DNA of 64,000 bases from an uncultured Verrucomicrobiae bacterium (GTDB taxonomy: Bacteria > Verrucomicrobiota > Verrucomicrobiia > Chthoniobacterales > UBA10450), in NCBI GenBank assembly GCA_963834385.1, contig CAWIBO010000005.1, forward strand, positions 224,001 to 288,000. Direction: 5' to 3'. A program made the position numbers and the translations under genes. The notes beneath the pieces were generated by a model. It saw only the letters and a list, made by a program, of their open reading frames with translations, was not told the origin of the DNA and made no database searches. Shown in pieces: positions 1-10,518 of this stretch. The first letter of the stretch is position 1. Each line of letters starts with the position of its first letter.

Positions 1-5
1 ATCGC

Positions 6-223
6 ATGAAGATCAAAGAAATCGCTGAACTAAGCGTCGACGAACTGCGGACGCGCGAAACGCGATCTGCGCCAGGAGAGCGCTTCATCTCCGCCTCCAG
101 CAGCAGAGCGGCCAGCTCGAAAAGCCGAGCCTGCTCCGCGCTCCTCCGCCGCGAAGTGGCGCGGGTCGAGACCATCCTCACCCAGAAACAGCGCGCGACC
201 GAGCGTCGCGGCGCAAGAACTAA
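6..223 (+). CDS. rpmC: 50S ribosomal protein L29 (apparent frameshifts)
   Basis: N-term MKIKEIAELSVDEL and C-term LRREVARVETIL; first gene before S17; the middle is out of frame. Confidence 0.85.
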
Positions 224-226
224 TTT

Positions 227-554
227 ATGAGCCGAAACCATCGACAGCACCGCCCCGGCGACCACCGCGGAAACCACCGCGCGCGGTTCGCGCAAGACCC
301 GCGTCGGCGAAGTCGTCTCCAACAAGATGAACAAGACCATCGTGGTCGAGACCATGACCCGCGTGCCGCACCCGAAGTTCGGCAAGATCATCAAGCAGAT
401 GAAGAAGTTCTACGCCCACGACGAGGAGAACAAGGCCAAGTCGGCGACACCGTCCGCATCATGGAAACCCGTCCGCTCAGCAAGCTGAAGCGCTGGCGTC
501 TGGTCGAAGGTGCATCAACACTGCGCCGACACCGCGCTGGTCGCCCGGAAATAA
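227..554 (+). CDS. rpsQ: 30S ribosomal protein S17 (apparent frameshifts)
   Basis: Across frames: [19 protein letters not shown]...HPKFGKIIK...KKFYAHDE...[21 protein letters not shown]. Confidence 0.9.
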
Positions 555-558
555 TCAT

Positions 559-933
559 ATGCTCCAGATTCGCTCCAGACTCGACGTCGCCGACAACACC
601 GGCGCCCGCATGGCCAAGATGATCGGCGTGATCGGCAAGGCGCACGGCCCAGTCCGCCGGCGATCGGCGACGTCATCACCGCCCACGTCCGCGAAGCCAT
701 CCCCACCGCGGCACGGTGAAGAAGGGCGACGTCGTCCGCGCCGTCGTCGTCCGCACCGCGCAGCCGATCCGCCGCGACGACGGCTCGCTTCCTGCGCTTC
801 GACAACAACGCCATCGTCATCATCGACAAGGATCACAACCCGCGCGGCACCCGCATCTTCGGCCCGGTCGCCCGCGAACTGCGCGAGAAGAATTTCATGA
901 AGATCGTCTCCCTCGCTCCGGAGGTGCTTATGA
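559..933 (+). CDS. rplN: 50S ribosomal protein L14 (apparent frameshifts)
   Basis: [16 protein letters not shown]...[13 protein letters not shown]...FDNNAIVII...[13 protein letters not shown]...[10 protein letters not shown]. Confidence 0.92.
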
Positions 934-1245
934 ACCGGCCGAAATTTCACGTCAAAAAGGGCGACCACGTCGAGGTCATCTCCGGCAACCACAACGGTGC
1001 CACCGGCAAGGTCCTGCAGGTGCTGCCCGACAAGCACCAGGTCGCTCGATCGAAGGCGTCCGCATGATCAAGAAGCACCTGCGCAAGTCCCAGGACAATC
1101 CGCAGGGCGGCATCATCGAGCGCGAAGGCCCGATCCACATCTCCAACGTGAAGATGCTGGAGCGAGGCAAAAGCCGGCCGCCAAGACGACCGAGGGCAAG
1201 GCCAAGGCCGAGCCGAAGGAAAAGGCCGCCCGCAAGACAGAATGA
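930..1245 (+). CDS. rplX: 50S ribosomal protein L24 (apparent frameshifts)
   Basis: [19 protein letters not shown]...[10 protein letters not shown]...[15 protein letters not shown], with a Lys/Ala-rich tail. Confidence 0.9.
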
Positions 1246-1253
1246 GCCACGTC

Positions 1254-1836
1254 ATGGACTGCCGAACTTTACACGTCATTACAAGGACAAGGTCATTCCC
1301 GCGCTGCAAGAGAAGCACGGCTACACGAACGTCCACCAGGTCCCGAAGGTCGAGAAGATCGTCGTCAACTACTCCATCGGCTCGCAAGCCGACGCGCAAG
1401 CAGGCCCTCGAAGATGCCAAGACCGAGCTCGCCCTCATCACCGGCCAGAAGCCGGCCGAGACCCGCGCGAAGAAGAGCATCGCCAACTTCAAGCTGCGCA
1501 AGGAGCAGGCCATCGGCGCCAAGGTCACCCTGCGCGGCGCGCGCATGTACGAATTCCTCGAGCGCCTCATCAAGACGTCGCCTCCCGCGCATCCGCGACT
1601 TCCGCGGCGTCTCGCCGCAGCGTTTCGACGGCAACGGCAACTACACCCTCGGCGTGCCGACCAGTCCATCTTCCCGGAGATCGAACTCGACAAGATCAAG
1701 CGCAACATCGGCTTTGACGTCACCATCGTCACCACCGCGCGAACAAACGACGAAGCGAAGTCGCTTCTGAGCGAGCTGGGCATGCCCTTCCGCCGATCAA
1801 GGCCAAGAAAGCCGGCCGACCGCCGAAGCCGCCTGA
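1254..1836 (+). CDS. rplE: 50S ribosomal protein L5 (apparent frameshifts)
   Basis: [10 protein letters not shown]...[19 protein letters not shown]...[19 protein letters not shown]...PRIRDFRG...[10 protein letters not shown]...IFPEI. Confidence 0.92.
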
Positions 1837-1856
1837 TCCCGACTGACATCGAATCC

Positions 1857-2256
1857 ATGGCTATTGACCGATCCCATCGCCGACTTCCTCACCCGCCTGC
1901 GCAATGCGAGCGCGGCGCAGCAAGGCAGGAGATCTTCGCCCCTTATTCCAAGATCAAGGCGGAGATCGCCCGCATCCTCAAGGAGGAAGGCTACATCACC
2001 GACTACGAGGTCGACACCACCGACGCCACGCCCGCGCATCAAGGTCACGAACAAGCTGGTCAACCGCAGCCGCGCCATCACCGGCCTCAAGCGCGTCAGC
2101 AAGCCCGGTCTGCGCCGTTACGTCGGCGCCGACGAGATCCCGCGCGTCCTCGGCGGCATCGGCATCTCCATTCTTTCCACCCCGCGCGGCGTCATGACCG
2201 GCCGCGAAGCCAAGAAACAAAACGTCGGCGGCGAGCTTCTCGCCTACGTCTGGTAA
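1857..2256 (+). CDS. rpsH: 30S ribosomal protein S8 (apparent frameshifts)
   Basis: [14 protein letters not shown]...[10 protein letters not shown]...[25 protein letters not shown]...GGELLAYVW. Confidence 0.95.
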
Positions 2257-2268
2257 GGAGTCACTATC

Positions 2269-2814
2269 ATGTCACGAATTGGCAAAAAACCCATCGAAAT
2301 TCCCGCCAAGGTCACGGTCAACGTCGGCCAGGATGGCGCCGTCGCGGTCGAAGGCCCGAAGGGCAAGCTCGACTGGACCCTGCCGCGGAGCATCACCGCC
2401 ACGGTCGAGGACAACCGCGTCTCCGTCGTCCGCGCGCGGCCGAGACCCGCAGCGTCCGCGCGCTGCACGGCCTCTCCCGCAGCCTCGTCACCAACATGGT
2501 CAACGGCGTCAGCGAAGGCTTCGCCAAGGATCTCGAAATCCAGGGCGTCGGTTTCCAGGCCGCCGTCAAGGGCCAGAACCTGAATCTCAGCCTCGGCTAC
2601 TCCCACCCGCTCCTTCTCCCGATCCCGAACGAGCATCAAGATCACCGTCGACGGAAAACACCAAGATCAGAGGTCGAAGGCATCGACAAGCAACTCGTCG
2701 GCCAGGTCGCCGCGGACATCCGCGCGCTACTACCCGCCGGAGCCTTACAAGGGCAAAGGCGTCCGTTACGCCGGCGAACAGATCCGCCGCAAGGAAGGCA
2801 AAACCGTCCAGTAA
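2269..2814 (+). CDS. rplF: 50S ribosomal protein L6 (apparent frameshifts)
   Basis: [12 protein letters not shown]...GPKGKL...[17 protein letters not shown]...LGYSHP...[12 protein letters not shown]...[11 protein letters not shown]. Confidence 0.93.
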
Positions 2815-2817
2815 TCT

Positions 2818-3192
2818 ATGGCCGATCAATCGCAAAGCAATCCGTATGCAAGCATCGCGCCACGCCCGCATCCGCAAGAAAGTCTCCGGCACCGCCGAGC
2901 GTCCGCGCCTCGCCGTCCACTTCTCGAGCAAGCACGTCTACGCCCAGGTCATCGACGACGACGCCGGCCAGACCCTCGCCGCCGCTTCCACGACCGAGAA
3001 GGACGTCATCGGCAAGTCCAACGCGCGGCCAACGTCGCCAGCGCGCGAGCAAGGTCGGCAAGGCCATCGCCGAGCGCGCGCTCGCGCCAGAAGCGTCGAG
3101 CAAGGTCGTCTTCGACCGCGGCGGCTTCACTCTACCACGGCAAGGTGAAAGCCCTCGCCGACGCCGCCCGCGAAGGCGGCCTGAAGTTCTAA
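2818..3192 (+). CDS. rplR: 50S ribosomal protein L18 (apparent frameshifts)
   Basis: [31 protein letters not shown]...[26 protein letters not shown]. Confidence 0.93.
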   Translation: MADQSQSNPYASIAPRPHPQESLRHRRASAPRRPLLEQARLRPGHRRRRRPDPRRRFHDREGRHRQVQRAANVASARARSARPSPSARSRQKRRARSSSTAAASLYHGKVKALADAAREGGLKF

Positions 3193-3197
3193 TATCT

Positions 3198-3750
3198 ATG
3201 GCACACTCCGAATCAAGGCAGACGCCCCGAGCGTAACCACCGACAAGACCGCCGCCGCGACGTCGCGACACTGACCGAGAAGGTCGTCTTCATCAACCGT
3301 TGCGCCAAGGTCGTCAAAGGCGGCCGCCGCTTCAGCTTCAGCGCCCTCATCGTCGCCGGCGACCACGAAGGGCAAGGTCGGCTTCGGCTTCGGCAAGGCC
3401 AACGAAGTCGCCGACGCGATCACGAAGGCCTCCGAGGCGTCGCGCAAGGACCATGCAGAAGGTCATCGCTCCACGAAAACACCATCCCGCACGAAGTCAT
3501 CGGCGAACTACGGCGGCGGCCGCGTGCTGCTCAGCCCGCCTCGCCCGGTACCGGCATCATCGCCGGCGGCGGCGTGCGCGCCGTCGTGCGAAGCGGCCGG
3601 CATCCGCGACGTCCTCGCGAAGTCGCTCGGTTCCAGCAACCACGCCAACGTGGTCAAGGCCACCCTGGCAGCGCTGCGCCCCCTCCGCCTGCCGCGACGA
3701 AATCTTCAAGCTGCGCGGCAAGAAGTTCGCCCGGCCAAGGCCGGCTCTAA
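3198..3750 (+). CDS. rpsE: 30S ribosomal protein S5 (apparent frameshifts)
   Basis: EKVVFINRCAKVVKGGRRFSFSALIV.GD...GFGKANEV...GTGIIAGG...AGIRDVLAKSLGSSN..NVVKAT. Confidence 0.92.
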
Positions 3751-3785
3751 TCCCGGCCGCGCAGCCGGTCAACCAGATCATGATC

Positions 3786-4418
3786 ATGAGACTTCACAAC
3801 CTGCAACCCCGTCCCCGGCGCCAAGCATCGCGTCAAGCGGCTCGGCTGCGGCGAAAGCTCCGGCCACGGCAAGACCAGCGGCAAAGGCCACAAGGGCCAG
3901 AAGGCCCGCTCCGGCGGCGCCATCCGCCTCGGCTTCGAAGGCGGCCAGATGCCCCTCATCCGCCGTCTGCCCAAGCGCGGCTTCAACAACGCCGCCTTCC
4001 AAGACATGTTCGCCTGGTCAATCTCGACGACCTGAACGCAGTTCGAGGCCGGCACAACGGTGAACGAAGCAGGCCTTGCGCGACGCGAGCCTGGTTCGCG
4101 GCACGCATCGCCGGCGTCAAGATCCTCGGCGACGGCGAACTCAAGCACGAGCTGACGGTGGAAGCCGACAAGGTCAGCGCCTCCGCCCGCGAGAAGATCG
4201 AGAAGGCCGGTGGCACCGTCACCGTCCGCGAACGCCGCAGCGAGGCTCCGGCCGCGCCGGAAACGACCGCGACGGCAGGCGAGGAGACGAAGGCCAAGGT
4301 GCCCAAGAAGTCCGCCCGGCCCAAGGCTGGCAAGGCCGCCCCGAAAAAGGCGGCGGTCGCGAAAAAGAAACCGGCTGCCAAAACCAAGGCGAAGGCGAAG
4401 TCAAAGCGCAAGGGTTAG
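3786..4418 (+). CDS. rplO: 50S ribosomal protein L15 with Lys/Ala-rich C-terminal extension (apparent frameshifts)
   Basis: [27 protein letters not shown]...[18 protein letters not shown]...VKILGDGEL...[13 protein letters not shown]. Confidence 0.92.
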   Translation: MRLHNLQPRPRRQASRQAARLRRKLRPRQDQRQRPQGPEGPLRRRHPPRLRRRPDAPHPPSAQARLQQRRLPRHVRLVNLDDLNAVRGRHNGERSRPCATRAWFAARIAGVKILGDGELKHELTVEADKVSASAREKIEKAGGTVTVRERRSEAPAAPETTATAGEETKAKVPKKSARPKAGKAAPKKAAVAKKKPAAKTKAKAKSKRKG

Positions 4419-4444
4419 CCCCGCTCGGACGGAAGCACTAGTCG

Positions 4445-5964
4445 ATGATCTCGGCTTTTCCCAACATCGGTTCAAAATTCCGGAGCTGCGGCACCGGATT
4501 CTCTTCACCCTGGCGGTCATCGTGGTCGTGCGCATCGGCGCCGCCATCACCGACCCCGGGCGTGAACGCGGCGGTCCTCCAGGCCTGGTTCGACAGCGCC
4601 CTGCGCGAAGCGGTCCGGCGCCGGCGTGGCGGCGCTGTTCAACCTCTTCAGCGGTGGCGCCCTCGAAAATTGCGCCATTTTCTCGCTGGGCATCATGCCC
4701 TACATCAGCGCCTCCATCATGATGCAGCTTGCTCACGGCGGTCATTCCGCGGCTGGGCACGCCTGGCCCGGGAGGATGGCGGACGGCAGAAGATCATGCA
4801 GTACACCCGCTACGCCACCATGGCGCTCTGCCTGTTCCAGGGTTATCTGCTCGCACTCTCCTTCCAGCACCCGGAAACCTACCAGACGATGCTGCCCGGC
4901 ATCACCACCACCATGGCCGAACTGGGGTTGCCCCTGGTGGCCGATCCAGGGCCTGACTTTCCGGCTCCTGACCGTGCTCACCCTGACCGCCGGCACCATG
5001 TTCCTCATGTGGCTCGGCGACCAGATCACCGATCGCGGCATCGGCAACGGCATCTCGCTCATCATCACGGTCGGCATCGTGGCCCACCTGCCCGCGGCCC
5101 TGATGCAGGCCTGGAACACCTTCGTTCCTTCCGCCGAGACCGGCGCCAGCCAGGTCAACCCGGTCATCCTCGTCGCTCATGATCGCGTTCCTCTTCTTCG
5201 TGATCGCGGCGGTCATCGCCGTGACCCAGGCGCGAGCGCAAGATCAGCGGTGCAGTACGCCAAGCGCGTGGTGGGCCGGAAGGTGTATGGCGGGCAGACG
5301 CAGTACATGCCGCTCAAGGTGAACTATGCCGGCGTCATGCCGATCATCTTCGCCCAGGCCCTCCTCCTCTTCCCGCGCACGATCGTGCAGATGGCCTTCA
5401 AGGAAAGCCGGCTGGCCAACGAGATCGCGCAGATGCTCTCTGTCGGCTGGACCGCATTACATGTTCTACGGCCCGATGATCTTCTTCTTCAGTTACTTCT
5501 GGGTGGCCACGCAGTTCCAGCCGCACGCAGATCGCCGACGACCTGAAGAAGTACGGCGGCTACATCCCCGGCGTGCGCCCGGGCAAGCCGACCGCCGACT
5601 TTCTCGATTACACCATGACGCGGCTGACTTTTGCCGGCGCGCTCTTCCTGACCTTCATTGCGGTCTTCCGCCGATGCCTGATCAGCGACGGGCTCAATGT
5701 CCCGACATCACCGCGCAGTTCTTCGGCGGCACCAGCCTGCTCATCATCGTGGGCGTCATGCTCGACACCATGCGCCAGGTGGAGACGCATCTCATTCAGC
5801 GCCATTACGATGGCTTCCTGCGCAAGGGCCGGATCCGCGGCCGGTTCGACCGCGCCTCCTATAACCGGGGCGATGCGGCGCCGCAGAGCACCCTTTTGTG
5901 GCTTTACGTGGGCATTGCCGTGCTGGTAATCGGTGGCGTGGCCATCTTTCTTTACGGTCGATAG
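4445..5964 (+). CDS. secY: Preprotein translocase subunit SecY (apparent frameshifts)
   Basis: FKIPELR.RILFTL; FSGGAL...[68 protein letters not shown]. Confidence 0.95.
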
Positions 5965-6618
5965 GTGAAACGGCGACTTGTACTCCTCGGCGCACCCGGT
6001 TCCGGCAAGGGAACCCAGGCCGAAATGATCACCCGGCAGTTTGGCCTGCCCGTAACCTCGCCCGGCGCCATCCTGCGTCGCGAGAAGGACCTCGGCACCT
6101 CGCTGGGTCTGGCCACGGCCGAGATCACCCAGCATGGCGGCCTTGTTCCCGACAAGATCATCATCGAATTGATCGAGGATTGGCTGCGGTTGCATGGTGC
6201 GCATGGTTTCATTTTTGACGGGTTTCCCCGCACCCTGCCGCAGGCGACCAGCCTGCACGATATCCTGGAAGCGCGGCACACCCCCCTCGACTTCGCGGTC
6301 TGGCTCGATGTCTCGGAGGAGACGGTGCGCAACCGGATTTCGGGACGGTTGCAGTGCCAGGAATGCGGTTTCACCACCAGCCAGGGCGCGGCCACCTTCG
6401 CCGAGCGCCCGGTCTGCCCCTATTGCGAGGGTCCGCTCGTGCGCCGGACGGATGACGATCCCTCGGTGCTGCAGAAGCGGCTGGCGGAGTTTAATGAGAA
6501 AACGCAGCCGCTCGCCGATTTCTACGCCAAGGAATCCAATCTGCGCCGGGTGGACGGGAACCGTGATCGCGAGGCCGTCTTTGCCGATCTGGCCAGGCTG
6601 ATCGAGCAGGCGGCATGA
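5965..6618 (+). CDS. adk: Adenylate kinase (Cys4 zinc LID)
   Basis: P-loop GAPGSGKGTQA, FDGFPRT, LID CxxC...CxxC; follows secY. Confidence 0.95.
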   Translation: MKRRLVLLGAPGSGKGTQAEMITRQFGLPVTSPGAILRREKDLGTSLGLATAEITQHGGLVPDKIIIELIEDWLRLHGAHGFIFDGFPRTLPQATSLHDILEARHTPLDFAVWLDVSEETVRNRISGRLQCQECGFTTSQGAATFAERPVCPYCEGPLVRRTDDDPSVLQKRLAEFNEKTQPLADFYAKESNLRRVDGNRDREAVFADLARLIEQAA

Positions 6619-7391
6619 TCCCGATCAAAAGCGGGCGGGAGATCGACAAAATGCGGCAGGCCTGCCGCACGGCCAGCGAAATCCTTGAGCAGGTCAGCGA
6701 ACTGGTCCGGCCGGGCGTGACCACCAAGGAAGTCGATGAAGCCGCCGCCGACGCCATCGATGCGGCCGGGGTGAAAAGCGCGTTTCTGGGCTACCGGCTC
6801 GGGCACCGGGTATTTCCGGGCAACATTTGCATTTCTCTCAACGACGAGGTGGTTCACGGGATCGGCAGCCAGCGCCGGATCCAGTATGGCGACATTGTGA
6901 AGCTCGACATTGGCGTGGTCCAGGAGGGATGGGTGGGGGATACCGCCACCACCATTGCCGTCGGCATGGTCAACGAACGCACCGAGGAGCTGCTCCGGGT
7001 CACGGAAAATGCGCTGGCCCAGGCCATCAGCGTGGCCTTCGAGGGCGCGCGCCTCGGCGACATCTGCGCCGCCATCGAGGGCGAGGCAGTGAAACACCGG
7101 TTCTCGGTCGTGCGCGAGTTTGTCGGCCACGGGGTGGGCCGGAAGCTGCATGAGGAGCCACAGATTCCCAATTACGGCCGGGCCGGGACCGGCCCCAAGC
7201 TGCGGGCCGGCATGACCCTCGCGATTGAGCCGATGGTGAACTGCGGGACGGCCGCGGTAAAGCTGCTGGAGGATGGCTGGACGGTCTGCACCGCCGATGG
7301 AATGCCATCGGCCCATTTTGAGCACACCGTCCTGATCACCAAGGAAAAGCCCGAGATTTTGACCTGGCGCACCCGGAGGCAGTTAAAGTGA
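6615..7391 (+). CDS. map: Type I methionine aminopeptidase
   Basis: CISLNDEVVHGI, GHGVGRKLHEEP, AIEPMVN, SAHFEHTV. Confidence 0.97.
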   Translation: MIPIKSGREIDKMRQACRTASEILEQVSELVRPGVTTKEVDEAAADAIDAAGVKSAFLGYRLGHRVFPGNICISLNDEVVHGIGSQRRIQYGDIVKLDIGVVQEGWVGDTATTIAVGMVNERTEELLRVTENALAQAISVAFEGARLGDICAAIEGEAVKHRFSVVREFVGHGVGRKLHEEPQIPNYGRAGTGPKLRAGMTLAIEPMVNCGTAAVKLLEDGWTVCTADGMPSAHFEHTVLITKEKPEILTWRTRRQLK

Positions 7392-7597
7392 GGGAATCTA
7401 GCGCAAGCGGACGGGCTCCCCACGGCCCTGGAAAGGCAAAAATGCCTGTGAATCCCACCTTGCGAGGCGGCGAAGTTATGCTACAAGTTTCGCCCTACGA
7501 CTTGTCGCAGGGGGGCGAAGCACCTTCGCCAGGAGTGAACACGCGGACCCGGCTCCGCGTTTTTGTTTTATCGAATGAAAGTAAGACCATCAGTTAA
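7364..7597 (+). pseudogene. infA: Degenerate translation initiation factor IF-1 remnant
   Basis: HGPGK-x10-GGEVMLQVSPYDLSQG aligns without gaps to IF-1 HISGK-x10-GDKVTVELTPYDLSKG; sits at the map-infA-rpmJ position; the central beta segment is missing. Confidence 0.7.
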
Positions 7598-7688
7598 AAG
7601 GCTCTGTGAGGGCTGCAAAATCGTGAAACGTAAAAACGTTGTCCGCGTTCTTTGCAAGAACCCCCGTCACAAACAGCGTCAGGGGTAA
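7575..7688 (+). CDS. rpmJ: 50S ribosomal protein L36 (zinc-binding form); below the ORF-track cutoff
   Basis: Manual translation [37 protein letters not shown]. Confidence 0.97.
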   Translation: MKVRPSVKRLCEGCKIVKRKNVVRVLCKNPRHKQRQG

Positions 7689-7693
7689 GATTT

Positions 7694-8089
7694 ATGCCAC
7701 GTTTACTTGGTGTTGAAATTCCGGCCGACAAGCGCATCGAAGCGTCGCTCACCTACATTTACGGGATCGGGCCGGCCACGGCCAAGCGGATCCTCGACCA
7801 GACGAATATCGATCCGAACCTGCGCGCGAAGAACCTGACCCCGCAGCAGATCAACGAGATCATCCAGACGATCACCGCTGCCAAGATGCAGATTGAGGGC
7901 GACCTGCGCCGCGAACTGCAGGGCAACCTGAAACGGCTCCAGGCCATCAATTGCTACCGCGGCATCCGGCATCGCCGCGGCCTCCCGGTGCGCGGCCAGC
8001 GCACCTCCACCAACGCGCGCACCCGCAAGGGGCCGCGCAAGACCGTCGGCGTGATCCGCAACAAGGACGCCAAGGCCGGCAAGGTCTAA
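7694..8089 (+). CDS. rpsM: 30S ribosomal protein S13
   Basis: [12 protein letters not shown]...LTYIYGIG...EGDLRR...[26 protein letters not shown]. Confidence 0.97.
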   Translation: MPRLLGVEIPADKRIEASLTYIYGIGPATAKRILDQTNIDPNLRAKNLTPQQINEIIQTITAAKMQIEGDLRRELQGNLKRLQAINCYRGIRHRRGLPVRGQRTSTNARTRKGPRKTVGVIRNKDAKAGKV

Positions 8090-8103
8090 CCGAGTTCTCC
8101 ATC

Positions 8104-8808
8104 ATGGCAGATTCAGACGCAAAAAAGCCGGCCAAAGCCGCCGACAAACCGAAGAAGGCCCCCAAGGCCAAGGCCGCCGCCGAGGAAACCAAACCCGCGG
8201 CGGAAGAGACCAAGACGCCCGTTGCGGAGACCAGCGCGGCCCCGGTCGCGCAGCAGGCCCCCGCGGCTACGGCAGAGGCACCAGCCCCGGCCGCCGGCGA
8301 CGCGGCCGCTCCGGCCAAGACAGAGGCGGCGCCCAAGCCGGCCAAAAAGGCCAAGGGCAAGAAAGAGGAATCTCCCGCGGCCGAGGCGCCCAAGGAAAAC
8401 CTTTCGCTCGATCCGAACGACATCGAGAAGCCGAAGATCGTCAAGGCCAAGGGCAGCAAGAACATTCATACCGGCGTGGCGCACATCCTCTCCACCTTCA
8501 ACAACACCATCGTCACGATCACCGACATGAACGGCAACGTCATCGGCTGGTCGAGCGCCGGCAAGGTCGGCTTCAAGGGTTCGCGCAAGAGCACGGCCTA
8601 CGCCGCCCAGATGGTGGCGCAGGACGCTTCCCGCCAGGCCATGGGCCATGGCCTCAAGGAAGTGGAAGTGCTTGTGAAAGGCCCCGGTGCCGGTCGCGAG
8701 TCCGCCGTTCGCGCTCTCCAGGCCATCGGCCTTGACCTGACGGTCATTCGTGATGTCACCCCGGTGCCGCACAATGGCTGCCGGCCCCCGAAACAGCGCC
8801 GCGTCTGA
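8104..8808 (+). CDS. rpsK: 30S ribosomal protein S11 with ~100-aa Ala/Lys/Pro/Glu-rich N-terminal extension
   Basis: [18 protein letters not shown]...[14 protein letters not shown]...GPGAGRESA...[14 protein letters not shown]. Confidence 0.96.
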   Translation: MADSDAKKPAKAADKPKKAPKAKAAAEETKPAAEETKTPVAETSAAPVAQQAPAATAEAPAPAAGDAAAPAKTEAAPKPAKKAKGKKEESPAAEAPKENLSLDPNDIEKPKIVKAKGSKNIHTGVAHILSTFNNTIVTITDMNGNVIGWSSAGKVGFKGSRKSTAYAAQMVAQDASRQAMGHGLKEVEVLVKGPGAGRESAVRALQAIGLDLTVIRDVTPVPHNGCRPPKQRRV

Positions 8809-8843
8809 TCCATTTTTCCTTAACCAGCGACTCTTAACTTCTC

Positions 8844-9456
8844 ATGGGCAGATACACAGGACCGAAAACCAAAGTCAGCCGCCGCTACGGTGTGCCGCTC
8901 GTTTGGACCGTCGAAATCACTCGAGCGCAAAAACTATCCCCCCGGCATGCACGGCCCCAAGGGGTCCCGCCGCAAGCAGTCCGACTACGCTGTCGCGCTG
9001 GGGGAGAAACAGAAGCTTCGCTACCAGTACGGCCTGCTCGAAAAGCAGTTCCGCCGCATTTTCCAGACCGCTCTCCGCAAGCGCGGTGTCACCGGTGAGA
9101 CCCTTCTGCAGCTCCTCGAGACCCGTCTCGACAACGTCGTTTTCCGCCTTGGCTTTGCCAACAGCCGCAGTGGCGCGCGCCAGCTCGTTTCCCATGGCCA
9201 CGTCATGGTCAACGGCCGCCGGGTCAACATCGCTTCCGCCACCCTCAAGCCGGGGGACGAGGTCACGATCAAGGATCGCCCGAAATCGCGCCAGCTCGCG
9301 ATGCGGAACCTGGAGCTGACCCAGATCGCCCCGGTGCCGGACTGGCTCACGGTCGATCGCGACGCGGTCACCGGCAAAGTCTCGCGCATCCCGACGCGTG
9401 AAGAGATGCAGCCGATGGTCAACGAGCAGTTGATCGTCGAGTTGTATTCGCGCTAA
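8844..9456 (+). CDS. rpsD: 30S ribosomal protein S4 (one apparent frameshift near 8900)
   Basis: MGRYTGPKTKVSRR, then YPPGMHG...EKQKLR..YG..EKQF...LLETRLDNVVFRLG...ARQLVSHGH...NEQLIVELYSR. Confidence 0.95.
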
Positions 9457-9579
9457 GGCCCTCTTTGTCTGATGGGCCCTCAAAGGGCCCCTATGCCTGA
9501 TTGAGGGTGCTTGCACGCCACAGCGCTTGCTTTTTCGACCTGTTTCCGGCAAAAGGATCGGCTCGCGTCTAAGTCGGCG

Positions 9580-10506
9580 ATGCCCGCAACCCTTGATGCC
9601 ATAGGCAACACCCCAGCGATCGAACTTCGCCGCGTGGTATCGGGCGGCGCCGCGCGGGTCCTGATCAAGCTGGAGTCGGCCAATCCAACCGGGAGCATGA
9701 AGGACCGGATGGCGCGCGCCATCATTGAACGGGCCGCGGCTGCCGGACGTCTGCCCCCCGCTGGCACGGTGGTCGAATACACCGCGGGCACCACCGGAGT
9801 CTCCCTGGCTTTTGTCTGCGCCGCGCTCGGTTATGGGGCTCATTTCGTTTCTTCAGATGCTTTCAGCGAGGAAAAGCATCTGATGATGCGCGCCTATGGG
9901 GCGACAGTGACGGACGTTCCCAGCGAGAACCGGAAAATCACGGAAACGCTGATCAAGGAGATGATTCGAACCTCGGAGGAATTGAGCCGACAGCCGGGAC
10001 ACTGGTGGTGTGATCAATTGAACAACCAGGACGGCGAAGCCGGTTACCATCCCCTGGCGGAAGAGCTCTGGGAACAATCAGGCAGCCAGGTGGATGCGTT
10101 CGTGCACGCGGTCAGCACTGCCCACTCCATTCATGGCGTCGCGCACGTCCTACGGCGGAAGAACTCCTCGGTGCAGATCGTTGCCGTCGAGCCCGCGGAA
10201 TCAGCCGTGCTCTCGGGGCGGCCATCCGGTTCGCATACGATTGAGGGGATTGGCATCGGCTTTCTTCCTCCTCTCTGGACGCCGGGTGAAGTTAACGAGA
10301 TCATGACAGTTTCCTCCTCAGAGGCAAAGACCATGGCGCGGCGTCTGGCCCGGGAGGAAGCGATCTTTGCCGGCACCTCCACCGGAGCCAATGTGGTCGC
10401 GGCGCTGCGCGTGGCCGAGCGTCTCGGCCGGGGAGCCACGGTGGCGACCCTGGCGATCGATTCCGGTCTCCGTTATCTCAGCACCGATGTTTTTCGATCC
10501 GGGTAA
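9580..10506 (+). CDS. PLP-dependent cysteine synthase (CysK/CysM fold-type II) family protein, divergent
   Basis: IGNTP, KLESANPTGSMKDR (PLP Lys), H.IEGIG, LAREE.IF.G.S.GA, DSG.RYLST. Confidence 0.85.
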   Translation: MPATLDAIGNTPAIELRRVVSGGAARVLIKLESANPTGSMKDRMARAIIERAAAAGRLPPAGTVVEYTAGTTGVSLAFVCAALGYGAHFVSSDAFSEEKHLMMRAYGATVTDVPSENRKITETLIKEMIRTSEELSRQPGHWWCDQLNNQDGEAGYHPLAEELWEQSGSQVDAFVHAVSTAHSIHGVAHVLRRKNSSVQIVAVEPAESAVLSGRPSGSHTIEGIGIGFLPPLWTPGEVNEIMTVSSSEAKTMARRLAREEAIFAGTSTGANVVAALRVAERLGRGATVATLAIDSGLRYLSTDVFRSG

Positions 10507-10518
10507 GTCCACCTGCGC

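Noticed and set aside
1242..3236. 664-aa ORF suggesting an L5-L6-L18 fusion
   Set aside because: It is a mosaic produced by indels; the individual genes have their own starts and stops.
1..5964. Dense frameshifts in ribosomal protein genes and secY, read as pseudogenisation or programmed frameshifting
   Set aside because: These genes are essential, the protein motifs are intact across frames, and indel density falls sharply after ~5.9 kb. This fits low-coverage long-read consensus error near a contig end.
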